Positions 39,771-53,370 of a DNA stretch of 64,000 nt are shown piece by piece. Where the stretch lies: the NCBI RefSeq assembly GCF_009914755.1, contig NC_060934.1; one strand, given 5' to 3'. Source of the DNA: the human T2T-CHM13v2.0 reference genome, Homo sapiens. The translations under genes and the position numbers were made by a program. Position 1 is the stretch's first letter, and every line of letters begins with the position of its first letter. The notes under the pieces were generated by a model. It was not told the DNA's origin. It did no database searches and saw only the letters and a list, made by a program, of their open reading frames with translations.

Positions 39771-40339
39771 TGAATTTGGTGGATGATTCTTATATTCAAT
39801 GAATGTATTTATGAGGCTCAGTGGTATTGTCTCTAAAATTGCATTAATAATTATTTCAGAAATTTCTCTGGTTATTAAGTGAGAAAATAAGTATAAGCAT
39901 CAGCCACTTAGTGGCTATTATAATAGTTTTTATTTTCCATTTTGCCTCTGAATATTTTACTTTTCTAGTTTGTTATTCAGTTCTGCTAAACTCATGTATA
40001 TTGAATTTTATTGCCTGGATCTGGGCTGAGTCCAGATGTACATAATATATAAAACTCATGCTTAAGAATCTTACCATCTTTAACACAAACTGTTAATTAG
40101 GCCACTATATTGGCTACATCACCAGTGATCTCTCAATTTTATTGCCAACTATATTCTCTATGTTGTCATTAAGTTATTTTATTTAATAACATATTTCACC
40201 CTATTCCTTCTCTAATAATAATAATAATAATATAACCAAAAAGGCCACATTGATATCTTATTTGTTCCATATTTCCAGAGATTAGTCTCCAAATTTCTTA
40301 GAGCACACAAGGTCTTTCCCAATTTTCTAAACTATTCTC

Positions 40340-40475
40340 TACCTTCTCTAAACTTTGGGTCTTTATCAGTAAAACAAACATAAAATCTTCTCCTTATGTT
40401 TGATAATTAAATATTATAAAACATATAATTCAATTGAGTGTCTTGCCTAAGTGCTCAATAAATGGTAGCTATTTA
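40340..40475 (+). mobile_element. MIR 3' fragment
   Basis: ctttatcagtaaaac...taagtgctcaataaatggtagctatt. Confidence 0.6.
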
Positions 40476-41571
40476 TACTGCTTCTATTCTAATATTATTA
40501 TATTTATGTAGTTACTTATTTTACCATCACTGATATTTGTACACTTTGGCTGCTTTTATCTCTATTATATGTTAACGGTGCCTTACTTTTCCCATAAAAG
40601 TGAACTTTCCATAATCTTGACAAATTAGGTTATTTATTTTTAAAGAATTTTCACATGATATTTCTTCTGAATTCTTTTTCCAGTCCTCTTTTTGTGTTGT
40701 GATTTTCATTCCTCTTCAAGTCAGTTCAGATATTACTTCCTCCCAAATGAGAAGAGTTTCTCATTCTGGAGGCAGAGCTAGATATTCTAATACTAAAACC
40801 CCACAGTGTTTTTCCTTCTATCTCTATAACGTCATTTAAGACGTTCTACTGCAATTTATTTATGTTCATATGTTAGTTTATGTATATTTTAAGTGTATAT
40901 ACTTTTTCTCAATAATTTTATTTTCCCATTTTTTACAACATAATATTTGTTCAACAAATATTGTAAGAATAATTCAGAACACTTGAGAATTATTCTATAA
41001 AATGCACCAATATTCCCTACTAGTATTTAATTTTTTAAAAATTTTGCTACTTTTTCCTAATTGTACATTGCATTTTCACAACTCTCTTATTCTTTCTTAG
41101 GTCTCCTCCATGTTAAGGAGAAATAAGCTCATTAAATAATTTCAAGATTCTGTAATATTTCTTTCTCATTGTTCGAACAAAAAACATTCACAGTCCAGTT
41201 AGGAATAATTTTATTTACATTTTAAGAGCTTAAAGTGACACTTTCAATTTGTTTCTTTAAAATAATTATTGTCTTTTTTTGTTAATGTGATTTATTGCTG
41301 TAATTATAAAACTTCCATATTTTTAATAAAAAGTATAAACAAATATGTTTATATAAGTGGAGAATTTTACTGAGATAAATATCTGCTTTGGTTTCAAGAG
41401 TTTTTTAGTAGCCTTTAACAAAAATAGGTTTAATATTCCCTTCAGCTTGACTAAACTTTAGACAATTCTTCCGACTGTAAGCTCCTAAAAAAATTAGTGT
41501 AATTTTTTCATTGGCAGCATTTGACATAGTATAAAAAAGGAAAATTTCTGATTTTTAATTCATACTGTGGG

Positions 41572-42494
41572 TGTATTAGTTTCCTATTGCTACTGTAACA
41601 CATTCTGACAAAATTATTGGTTTAAAACAACACAAATTTATTCTCTTACAGTTTTGAAGGATAGAAGTCTAAAATCAGATTTATCGAACTAAAGTCAAGG
41701 TGTTGGCATGGATGGTTCCTGCCAGAAGTTCTGAAGGGAGAATTTTCTTTTTAAACATTAGACTGGTTTTATTTATGTTTGCCCCATTAAGAAGTGGGCA
41801 GAGAACATGAACAGACACTTCTCAAAAGAAGACATACTTGCAGCCAGCAAGCATAGGAAAAAAATATTCAACCTCACTAATTATTAGAGAAATGCAAATC
41901 AAAATTACAATGAGATACCATCTCACACCAGGCACAATGGCTATTATCAAAAAGTAAAAAAAATAACAGGTGCTGGTGAGGTTGTGGAGGAAAGGGAATG
42001 CTTGTACACTGCTGGTGGGAATGTAAATTAGTTCAGCCACAATGGAAAGTAGTTTGGCAATTTCACAAAGTATTCCAAGCAGAATTATCATTTGACCCAG
42101 CAATCCCATTACTGGGTATATACCCAAAGAAATATAAGTTGTTGTACCATGAAAGGAGCATCTTCTTCCTTCCCTTTCCCAGCTTCTAGAGATGCACTCC
42201 CTACATTCCTTGGCTCATGGTCTCTTCCTCCATCTTCAAAACCAGTAGCATAGCGTCTTCAAGTCTTAATTTCTTTCCGTCATTAGGTGACCTTATCCTC
42301 TCTGATCTCCTGCTTCCCTCTTATAAGATCTTTGCAATTACATCGGACCCACTTGGACAATCTATCATAGTCTCTCCATCTCACAATCCTTAATTCGATT
42401 ACATCTGTAATGTCCCTTTACCCTGTAAGCTAACATTCACAGGTTTAGACGTTAGCATGTGGATATCTAGATGGACATTATTCAACCTAACACA
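41572..42494 (-). mobile_element. MLT1C-like MaLR solo LTR split by an L1 insertion
   Basis: tgtattagtttcctattgct...ttcaacctaacaca; perfect 5-bp TSD gtggg (41567-41571 / 42495-42499). Confidence 0.92.
41782..42149 (+). mobile_element. Internal L1P ORF2 C-terminal fragment (likely the inverted part of a minus-strand insertion)
   Basis: HCWWECKLVQP...FDPAIPLLGIYPK motif; no 3' UTR or poly-A on this strand; degenerate 18-bp TSD 41732-41749 / 42150-42167. Confidence 0.9.
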
Positions 42495-43059
42495 GTGGGT
42501 TAAACAGTCCTTAAGACTACACAAATAAACTCAAATCTGAAAATTATTTCATACCTAATTTACAAAAAGGATTAATTTTAACATATATTTTCTGAGTACT
42601 TCTGAAAAAAAAAACTCATTATATAAATGAGAAGACCAATGAGTAGTGTTAAGAATTCAAACTTTGCTTTGCATATTAGTCAAACATTTATTTCTCTTTG
42701 TAACTAAAACACAAATGCACAGATGCAAGTTCTTTCATGTCACCTAGGATTTTGCAATTTGGAAAATTAGCTTTTATGTTGTTTACCAACTAGGGCTTGT
42801 ACGACTTTTAGGATAAGATCACTTTCTTTTTACATGACATTGTTGAGAAATACTGATAAGAGTAGTGATCAAATTGCAGAAATACAGTAATATTTTTAAT
42901 TGTTTCCATCTTAATACTTGCTAAGTGTATTAATATTATTGTAATAGAGATTGGGCTTGACAGAGCTCAGTAATTAAGTTATAACTAAATGCACAACTTC
43001 TTGCTTACTTTTATACATGCCAAAGGGAATCAAATCTTTCTAAATGAAAAGAGAATTTG

Positions 43060-43400
43060 CAGATCAATCTTTTATAATGTAAGCTTGGTGATGTGAGTCC
43101 TGTATGACAACATTTTAGGGGCTCCCCATCTACTCAGAATAAAAAGGCAAAGTCCTGAAAATGGCTTTCCAGGGTTTCTGTGATCCGTGCACTAGCTGCT
43201 CCAAGCCACACCACTTTCTCGTTCTTTCACCTACATGTCAGGCATGTTCCTGCCTTGGGACATTTGATCTTGCTATCTCTGCCAGAACACTCTTTTCCCA
43301 GATAGCTTCATGGCTCACTGATTCTTCACCATCAAGTCTTTGTCAAAACGTCGTTTTCTTCATGAGATCTTCCTAGACCAGACCACATTATTTAAAAATT
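43060..43400 (+). mobile_element. L2a fragment
   Basis: ggctccccatctactcagaataaaa...tgttcctgccttgggacatttg...tctgccagaacactcttttcccagata...catggctcact. Confidence 0.8.
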
Positions 43401-43606
43401 CATCTCTGTAGTTCCATATATCTATTAGCTCCTATTTATTGCTGAGAAGTATTGCATTATATAATTATACCACAGTTTATTCATTCTTCAGTTGATGAAG
43501 TTATGGGGTATTTCCAGCTTAAAATTACTTTTAATAAAGCTGCTAAAAACACGTTTGTGTAATCTGTTTGTAGACATAGGTTTTTATTTCTCCTACATAA
43601 ATATCT

Positions 43607-43649
43607 ATACCAATTAGGATTCTCCAGAGAGACAGATCCAACATGATGT

Positions 43650-43687
<38 letters not shown>

Positions 43688-44054
43688 GAGAGAGAGAGCG
43701 CAAGATTTTGAGGGATTGGTTTATGACTTGTGGAGGTTAGGTAAGCTCAAAATGGGTTTTGGGTTAGGCCAGAAGGCTACAGACTCAGGAAAGAGTTGCA
43801 GTTCAAGATCAAGGGGAGTCTGCTGGAAGAATTTTTTCTTGTCCAGGGAAATTTAGTCTTTGTTCTATTAACACATTCAAGGGATCGGATGAGGCCCACT
43901 CACATTATGGATGGTGATAGACGTTACTCATAGTCCACTGATTTAAATGTTAATCTCTTCCAAAAAACCACCTCCACAGAAATATCCAGAATGTTTGATC
44001 AAATGTCTGGGCACTGTGGCCCAGCCAAGTCAACACACAAAATTAACCATCACA
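43607..44054 (-). mobile_element. MLT2B-like ERVL LTR
   Basis: ttaggattctccagagagacaga...gatgaggcccactcacattatgga...tccactgatttaaatgttaatctc...aaaattaaccatcaca. Confidence 0.9.
43652..43698. repeat. (GT)16 plus (GA)n microsatellite inside MLT2
   Basis: Read directly from the sequence. Confidence 0.97.
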
Positions 44055-44609
44055 AGCAGTTTTATTTTTTTCTTCCCAATCTTTATAACTTTTTTGGGGG
44101 GGTTATTTAATCACATTAGTCACAGCCATCAGCCTAATACTGAATGGAAGAAGTAAAATCAGACATCCATACACCCTTCCTATCTTATAGGGAAAATAGT
44201 CAATATTTTGCATTGCATATTACATTAGCAACACATATTTATAGATGCCCTTTATCGTATTATGAATGTTCTCTTATATTCCTAACTTGCTGAGGCTCTT
44301 TTTTTTAAATAAGCAATGGGTGTTAAGTTTTGCCAAACTTTTTTTTCCATCTAGTGAGATGATTATATAACTTTTTCTTTATTCTTTGAATGCATAAATT
44401 GCTTTGATTGTTTTTAAACATTGAAAGAACTTTGCATACCTGAGATAAACTTCAGCTGAACTTGAGGTACTATATTTTTCATATATTGCTAAACTTTATC
44501 TGTTCATAGATGTAGCATCTATGTTCATATAGGACTTTGCTTTGCAACTTTATTATTATTATTTTATTATAATGCCTTTGAATTGGGCAACGTTTTCCCC
44601 TCCTTTATT

Positions 44610-44985
44610 TTTCCAGGGTGAGTCATTTGTGATCCTGTGCACCCCTCATAATCCCCCTCTCTTGGTGAAGGAACTGAGCCAAGATGGGAACATTGGGGTC
44701 ACCTCCATAGGAATATGAAATTGAGCCTCAGAGAAGACTGTCAGGCTCTTCAGTAAGTGCTGGGAACTTCAAGAACCTTGGTTTGAACCATTGGGGAATC
44801 CACCCATCAGAAATGTTGATACATGCGGCTCATATTAGTGATAAGTGACCCTGAAGCATAGAGAAAGAGAAACAGAGAGAGCCCCCCCAGAATGCTTTCT
44901 AGTTTCAAGGTCCAATTCCTTCTGAGGAACTGTCCTTTCTCTCCTCAAGGTTCAGTTTTGCCTGAAACTAACTGTACTTTATCTT
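44610..44985 (+). mobile_element. Old ERVL/MaLR-like LTR relic (LTR67B/MLT1-like)
   Basis: GC-richer block with agagaaagagaaacagagagagcc...tttctagtttcaaggtccaattccttctgagg; family uncertain. Confidence 0.4.
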
Positions 44986-47174
44986 CTTGTTTCATAAAAT
45001 TTCCCTAAAGTTTATAATAATCCCTCGTTTTGGGGGAAGAAAAATATGCAATACATTAGTTTTTACTAGGGCTACCAAGAGAGGCTCATTTAAGACAAGT
45101 TGTATTCTAATGCAAGGTATTTAATAGTCATACATGTATCTTTTCAAATGTAGCTCAGATTATGAGAGAAACTATTTGCTAAATTAAGAACATTTTAGAA
45201 TTTTTTATGGTTATCAAAATCTCAATTAACTACAATTATTGCATGACCGCTCTACTATATGAATCTGTAGTTGTCATTTATAAATTTGTTTATACGTCTT
45301 TTTTAAAGTTTGATTTGAAATTTGTAAAAATAACTTAGAGGTATGAAAAATTCTGGGAAAAAGGAATTAGAAATAATGAGGCTGACAACCATTCTAGCAG
45401 CTTGTGCAAATTTATTAATATTCCATTTCTTTAATCAAATAGCTGACTGATACAAAGTGATTAGGAAAGCCTGGTTAAATTTTATTCACATCACTATATT
45501 ATGTGCAGAGTATGCTTTATTATATAATATGTATAAATTCAATGTGTAACCTTTGTATTTCATAAGTATATTTTTATCCCTAATGGAACCTTGTAACAAA
45601 ATGCTTTAAGGTGCTGTGAGACTTCGGGATACTCAAACGGCTTTAGATTTAAATTAACTTAGGAATTGATTTCCACTTCAAGCAGTGTTTTACTAAATAC
45701 AAAAATATAGATTGGACTACTTCCTCAAGAAAGAATCTTCAAATTGATAGGTCTAACTTTTACCCTTGAACACTGTTTCAGCTTACACTGTTTATACACG
45801 GAAAGCTCCAGGGCACCTAATTTAGTGGCAAATGCAAATACACAGACCTCTATGGTAATTTCTTCTCCAGCTAACAGGCAAATAGTAAAAACTCTCTCTT
45901 ACTCTAGTGGCTGTTATCCACCTTCAGCACTGAAGTGGGTGAGGATTTGTAAAAGAAGAGAGATTTTCTCTTTCGTGTACCAGGAGAACACTCTGAAAGA
46001 GTTAAAAAGCAAAAACCTGAATTTGGAGTATTTATATCTTTGTATCACGGTGGGTTTATTTACATGGAATCATTTTTAACTTGTGATTTTATAAATAATG
46101 ACATTATTAGCATTGATTCAGTAGATACTTTTTTCTAGGTCTATTCCTTTTAATATTCTATATGTTCTTTCTAATTTTATATTCTCCAATGGCATTAGTA
46201 GCCTCTGTTATTGTAAGAACTATCGGACTGATTAGTTTTGGAGTTAAAAAAACTATCTGGAGATTTTGTTTTAAATTATCTTTGTAAGCTAGTATTTCTT
46301 ATATTCAGTGTTTCAAAAATTGTACCTATTAGTGTAAAATATATGTAAAATAACAGTCAACTTTCTTTTTAGGATTTACTTTTTTAAAAACTGGATTGAA
46401 AAAAAAGGTTTCCAATGGATATTTCCTAAATAAATTTAATTCATTTTCACTATTGAATTTAAATATACACTGAATATTATTATCAAAATATTTTAGATTT
46501 TCCTTAAAATTCTTCCTCATCCGTATTTGAGCTCGTTCTTTTAGAAGTCAGCTTGGGAGAGGGGCTGGTTAATGGGAGTCTGGCTAGAGGGGCTGTGGGG
46601 ATTTGGGACTTCAATTCCTCTTATTTCAAAGTCAAGCAAAGGTCTGCTGTTTTATGTGGTCAGAATAGAATGGGAGACGAAAGGTTGCTTGTACTTTTTA
46701 CTGGGGTCTCAGTCACCAAAGTGACTGCTTCATACACATTAAAGAAAAAGACCCCAGCTTACTGAGAATTTATCATAGAGGTGTTACTTGGAATGTTTCT
46801 GGTTGTGGAATCTCTGGGAAGCCTAGAGACAGATAATACATAGTTCATGAAGGGACCTTTGGGAAAAGGGAAGTGCAATGAAACAATGACAGAGGATTGC
46901 AGGAAGACATATATATGGTCTTTATTTGAACTCTGGTTCATTTTCTGTCTGGAATGATGACTCTGCCCAGGTTTCTACTTCAGCCTCCATGACATAAGAA
47001 ATGTGAGCTTCCCAAATTGTCAGAAAACAAAAATTTCACATACAGCAATTATTAAATTTCTTTCATTAGATAATTCTATCCTTAAAAGCAGTTCTAAATA
47101 GATTTCAAATGTAAAAAGTATAGATTTCAGTTCTTTGCACACCACACAAATATTCCATGGCAGTTTGTTTATTT

Positions 47175-48305
47175 TTTGGAAAACATTTTTTTAATTGAGT
47201 TTTGACTTACAGCAAAGTTGCAAACAGTGTACAGAGAGGTTCTATTTACTGCTTATCTAAAATCCATTAATGTTAACATTATATAACTGTAGTACAATTA
47301 TAACTTCAGGAAATTAACATCCCTTATTCAAATTTTACCAGTTTTCCCACTAATGTCTTTTTTTTTCCTTCTATTCCAAGAGCCTATCTAGGATCCTGTG
47401 TTGCCTTTAGTTCTTATTTCTCCTTAGCCACCTCCAATTTTCAATAGTTCCTCAATGTTTCTTTTTCTTTCATGATCTTAACACTTTTGGAGAATTATCA
47501 GTTATTTTGTAGAATGTCCCTTAATTTTGGATTTGTCTGATATTTTCTTGTGATCAGAATGAGAAGAGTTTAGGCAGTGTAGGCAAGAATAACAAAAAAA
47601 AATGTATATCCTTTAGGTGGATCTTACAAAACAGTTCATGAGATTGATGTATCTTATTTGGGATATTAATCTGGACCAATTGGTTATGATAGTGTGTACT
47701 GGGGTTCTCAACTGTAAGCTACTAAATTAACCTGTGTAGAAAAGAAAGATATCTTGCGGGAGCTACTTTGAGACTATTAAATCATGTTTCTCTACCAACT
47801 TTCACCTAATTTTAATATCTGTAGGTGGATCTATGAGTTAAAACACAGTATTGTCAGTATTTTGTTGATCAAATTGTTTAAGCTTTGGCCCATTGTGAAA
47901 TCCTGTTTTTTAAAATTATCTTTTTACTTTTTGGTAGCCCTACTTATTCTGGACTCATTTTGTGTCTTCCCTCTCCCAGTCCTGGAATCAATAATTTCTC
48001 CAAAGTGGCCTGCCTCCTGCTGTTGGAGAATGATGTTTAGAAACCAACATTTGGGCACTCAGTATTCTCACTACTGGGGTGTCATTTTTGCTAAGTACTC
48101 TCACTGCTCAGAACTAGAAAATATGTGTATGTATACTGATCCTTACATATACAGACATCTGTATCTATGTCTATCATCTATCTATCTGTCCGTCCGTTTA
48201 CCTACCTCTCTTCTAATTATCCGTGTGTATATTAAATACCATGAGTTGATACGAATACCCATGATCCAATTCAATAGAGTTCATTTTATGCTTCCTTTCT
48301 CCATA
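47175..48305 (-). mobile_element. L1MC/L1MD 3' region
   Basis: gttttgacttacagcaaagttgc, agttttcccactaatgtc, ttttgtagaatgtccct, actttgagactat, ccagtcctggaatcaataatttctccaa motifs. Confidence 0.82.
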
Positions 48306-48319
48306 TTAGTGAAAATTTG

Positions 48320-48915
48320 GAAGATAGACTGAACTCAGGAATGACAAATATGTTTTTGTTCTGAGCAATTACATAAATTTAACTTACTCTTTTTATGTTT
48401 TTCCTGGAGGAGCTGTTGGTGTGGAAAAGATTGAGAATTGGAAATCTATTTTTGGACATTGGCATGTTTCATGTTAGCTGACTATTACATGGCCAAGCAG
48501 AATTGTTAGGCAGGGAGCAGGCTATTAATCAAATTCTCAGGGGGAGACATTAAGGCTGCAGATAAATTTTGGAATTTGCAGAATATAAATGGTACTAATT
48601 GTAGGACTAGATGACATTACTTAGGGAGGAAGAGCTGATAGACGAAAAGAAAAAAAATTTAGATTAGGCCCTTGGCAACCCAACATTTAAGGACTAGGGA
48701 GAGTAAGAAGACCAAAAAAAAAAAAAAAGATGCTGGGAAAGAATTGCCAGTGAAGCAGGGATGAAATAAAGTATGTCTGATGTACCAGAGTAAAAGGAAG
48801 AAAGGCTTTTAAGAGGATATTATTAGTCTTTTGTCAAATGCAGCTGAAATGCCCAGCAAAATGAAGATCAAGAAAAGACCACTAGATTTAACCAGATGGT
48901 GTTCATTGACTAAGA
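48320..48915 (-). mobile_element. L2 fragment
   Basis: ttttggacat..., ggactagatgacattacttaggga, aacccaacatttaagg, gtcaaatgcagctga. Confidence 0.75.
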
Positions 48916-49844
48916 AAATACACTGTAGAGCTGATTCCAATTTACTTTTTCCTCTTTATTCTGCCATTCTGATGGCTTTGCTTTTTGCAAAGATAGTATA
49001 TCTTCATATTTTCTCTTTTAACATATTTTCTCCTCCAGTCCACGGTTTCCAGGATGTTCAGGGACATGCTGATAAGAAACCCACAGTCATAGCTCACTGG
49101 GATGAGAGTTTTGGCTTTGTGAAAGGTACCATCTACTTTTGACAAATATGTGTGTTCTAAAACTTTGCAAGTCATGTGTCTGCTCTTGAACTTGTCCATG
49201 AACCAGGCCCGATTTTCCTGCATTGGGCGACCATGTTTTCATAGATTTTACTTTGCTTGTTTCTATTTCCTACTTTCACTAAAAATGTAGTTCCTTTTCT
49301 ATTTATTTTTCTTTTCTATCTTTTTTTAAATTTTTAAGTAGGTTTCAAAGAGAAAAGAATAACAGACACATCTTTCATTCATTGTGTCTCTACCTACTTG
49401 AAATACAGTCATATTAAAACACAGATCTGTTTTGTTTTGTTCCTTGTTGTAATATATTACCAGAAACAAGACTTGAAACTTAGAAGTAAAACTCAAAAAA
49501 TATTCATTAAATAAATGAAATGATACTTTACTGAAATTTCAATTAATTTTAAATCACATTTTAAAATTCTATGATCTGTATTCTTTTCTCCAGATGTGAT
49601 ATTCTCTTGAATATTTGGAGTTATTAATATTTTTAATTTTTTAAAATTCTGTTTGTTCTATAAAATCTTTTATTTGGTGCTGATTTTTCTGTTTCAATTT
49701 GGTACATTTCTTTCAACATCTTGGTTTTCTTCAAATGTTTGGTGCTTCAAGGCTATCTGTTAATTTTCACATTTGAGTTGTCCTAATAATCTATATCCAT
49801 TGTTTATTGTATCCTATCTAGAGATTATGAGATAGAGGAAGATA

Positions 49845-50178
49845 TAATGACAGGCTATCTTTTAGTCACCTAGTAAGTGTCTTGGTTAACAGATCAACTA
49901 GTGTGGTATCACAGTACTTGTGTCCAATAGCTCTTATTCTTAACAATGGCCCTAAAGCTCAGGAGTAGTGATGTAAAACACTTTCTCATTGTTTTACTCT
50001 TTGCAGTTTCAATTACCCATGATCAATTATGGTACAAAAGCATTACATAGAAAATTCCAAAAATAAATAATTCATAATTTTAAAGAGCATGCCATTCTGA
50101 GTAGCATGATGAAATCTCACACCATCCCCCTCCATCTCACCCATGGTGCGGATTATAGCTTTGCCCAGGGTATCCACG
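49845..50178 (+). mobile_element. Tigger7/MER44-like DNA transposon fragment, two blocks in permuted order
   Basis: Block B ttagtcacctagt...atggccctaaagctcaggagtagtgatg (to 49973) precedes block A gcagtttcaattacccatgatcaa...gggtatccacg (49981-50178). Confidence 0.82.
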
Positions 50179-50260
50179 TATGAGGAAAGTGCAACATAAC
50201 AGTGTCAGTCCTGTTACTTACTACACAGTTTTTGGATCTGTAGAATGGATATTACAATAA

Positions 50261-50543
<283 letters not shown>

Positions 50544-50708
50544 TCAGTTCAACTTCTTTAACATTAGATGCACACCCTATGCCAGGTTGAAAATGATGTA
50601 GAAGACATGCCCATTGGCCACAGGCACCAGCAAGTCCTGTTTCACTCTCCTTGAGCAAACAGTGGACACTGTTGACTCCAAAACAAAAAATGAAGAGAAT
50701 CAGCTCAT

Positions 50709-51806
50709 TGTTGTGGGAAGTCAGGGACCCCAAACAGAGGGACCAGCTGAAGCCATGGCAGAAGAATGTGGATTGTAAAGATTTCATGGACATTTATTAG
50801 TTCCCCAAATTAATACTTTTATAATTTCTTATGCCTGTCTTTACTGCAATCTCTAAACATAAATTGTGTAGATTTCATGGACACTTATCACTTCCCCAAT
50901 CAATACCCTTGTGATTTCCTATGCCTGTCTCAACTTTAATCTCTTAATCCTGTCAGCTGAGGAGGATGTATGTCGTCTCAGGACCCTGTGATAATTGTGT
51001 TAACTACAAAAATTGTAGAGCATGTGTGTTTGAACAATATGAAATCTGGGCACCTTGAAAAAAGAACATGGCAACAGCAATGTTCAGGGAATAAGAGAGA
51101 TAACCTTAAACTCTGACCACCGGTGAGCCGGGTGGAACAGAGCCATATTTCTCTTCTTTCAAAAGCAAATGGGAGAAATATCACTGAATTCTTTTTCTCA
51201 GCAAGGAATATCCCTGAGAAAAAGAATGTGCCCCTGAGGGTGGGTCTCCAAAATGGCCCCCTTGGGTGTGGCTGCCTTCTATGGTCGAGACTGTAGGGAT
51301 GAAATAAGCGCCAGTCTCCCATAGTGCTCCCAGGCTTATTAGGATGAGGAAATTCCCGCCTAATACATTTTTGGTCAGACTGGTTGTCTGCTCTCAAACC
51401 CTGTCTCCTGATAAGATGTTATCAATGACAGTGGTGCCCGAAACTTCATTAGCAATTTTAATTTCGCCTCAGTCCTCTGGTCCTGTGATCTCACCCTGCC
51501 TCCATTTGCCTTGTGATATTCTGTTACCTTGTGAAGCACGTGATTTCTGTGACCCACACCCTATTCATACACTCCCTCCCCTTTGAAAATCACTAATAAA
51601 AACTTGCTGGTTTTGCAGCTTTTGGGGCATCACGGAACCTACCGACATGTGATGTCTCCCCTTGATGCCCAGCTTTAAAATTTCTCTCTTTTGTACTCTG
51701 TCCCTTTATTTCTCAAACCGGCCAACACTGAGGGAAAATAGAAAAGAAACTACGTGAAATATCAGGGGTGAATTTTGCCCAATATCTGGCTGAATTTCCC
51801 CTGATA
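50709..51806 (+). mobile_element. MER11A/B solo LTR (HERV-K11, ERVK class)
   Basis: tgttgtgggaagtcagggacccc...gaatttcccctgata, 1098 bp; duplicated agatttcatggaca; AATAAA at ~51595; perfect 6-bp TSD gctcat (50703-50708 / 51807-51812). Confidence 0.95.
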
Positions 51807-52449
51807 GCTCATTATGATAGTAATCTTTGTTTGCCAGTATAACCTGATCCAACAAGTTTGGGGACTTTCAACTCCAAATGGTGAAAAAGCAATTCAAGGT
51901 AAACTTGCCCTTCTCTGTTCTTAATCTCCATATTATATTTTTTATGTGTGAGTCTATGGTAGGAGTTAATGGCAGTGACTCTTATCAGGCTATGCTGACC
52001 CTAATGGCAACAATGCTGTTGCAGCCTTGTTTATGAAAGCCAATGGATCCCTCTGGAACTAATCAAGAAACAGAAAGTTGTAGCTTGAGGCCTAAACTGA
52101 GTTGTTGGAGAATTGGGAGTTCTAAACTGCTAGATGTGTGCTGGGGCTTGGTGTTCCTCTCTCAGTTTTACCATAATCAGGGTCACCAGTGGAACTAAAT
52201 GTCCTGTATGATATTTATCCAAGCCCTGTGCTATCCCAGGATAAGTGTTGACTGACAGCCAAAGGAGCATTTCCTATGGCACAGTGCATCTAAATCAAAT
52301 GAGAGAGGAGCAGAAAACAAGTTTTTAATACCATACACCTTGTCCTGAGGCTCCAGTGCTAATTGCTCCCAAAGGGACTTCCCAACCAATACTGAAAAGC
52401 CCCTGGGGCCTACAAACCTGGCAGACATGGATTTGAATAAAATATTTTG

Positions 52450-52660
52450 AATGAGTGATGACTCTGCTATTTAGTAAGGATGCTACTTCAAGCAAGTTAA
52501 TTAACTTCTGACAGTCTCAGGTTTCTGATCTGTAAAATGGGGATGGTGTTACCTGTCTCATATGGCTGTTGTAAGGATTAAATTAAATTAGGTAACACAT
52601 ATAAAGTGCCTAGTACATACCCTTGACATGTCAGAGGTGCTTAAGAACTGTTGGTAGGCA
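52450..52660 (+). mobile_element. MIR SINE
   Basis: caagttaattaacttctg...ctcaggtttctgatctgtaaaatgggga...ggctgttgtaaggattaaat. Confidence 0.85.
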
Positions 52661-52779
52661 GAAAAGTTAAGTACACAAATAATGACATATAAATGATGAC
52701 ATGAGGTTAACGTGGTGAACTGTGCAGAAGTGGCAATGTAAAGTTTGACAGGAAAAGAGGAGAAAAAAAACTTATTGAA

Positions 52780-53370
52780 CACTTGGCACTTGACCTGCTT
52801 TTGAAATAATCAGTAGCATTTCAATGGTCAGAGGTGGAGGAAGGGTATTTTCTGATAGAGGGAGGAGCTTGAGGAAGGTCCACAGTTAGAAAAGGCAAAT
52901 GATCCTAGGAACTGCGAGGAGACCAGTTGGCTGAAGTGTAGACTAGTATGAGGCACAAAAATGATAAGGGTTGGAATTTGCAGTAGGTGTGGTGTACAAA
53001 AATGATCAGGTTGGAAAGTTAGAAACCACCATGTAGAGAATCCCTGAAGGATTTCTGGCACAGAGGCACAGATAGCAGCCTGATCAGAGGGGATTAACAA
53101 GAATATGAAGTAAACATGGTTGAGGTAGGCCGAAAGTTGAGAGCAGAAAGATGAGGTGAGGATGGGATGCTGGTTCAGTAGATTAGACTGAGGTCAAGTA
53201 GAAGGTTAACAATGGGAATGTACGAGGATGGTGGCAGTGGGATAAGTGGAAATGTGTGGATATGAAAAATATGCTGGATGTAGAGATTAGAGATTTCAGG
53301 AAATATTTTTTACAGAAGTGTATGATTTAAAGTGATTCTTTTGGTTTGGAACCACTGAGGTTGGATGTTT
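52780..53370 (-). mobile_element. L2 fragments
   Basis: Purine-rich L2-like motifs (gaggagaccagttggctgaagt, aggatggtggcagtggga). Confidence 0.55.

Larger units (their letters stand above)
43405..44580 (-). mobile_element. Old L1M fragments interrupted by MLT2
   Basis: ttattgctgagaagtattgcatt...aataaagctgcta (43430-43600); atagatgccctttatc...ttcctaacttgctgag...atctagtgagatgatt (44170-44530). Confidence 0.7.

Noticed and set aside
47784-48332. 182-aa ORF, longest in the window
   Set aside because: Antisense strand of an L1MC/MD 3' region; composition artefact.
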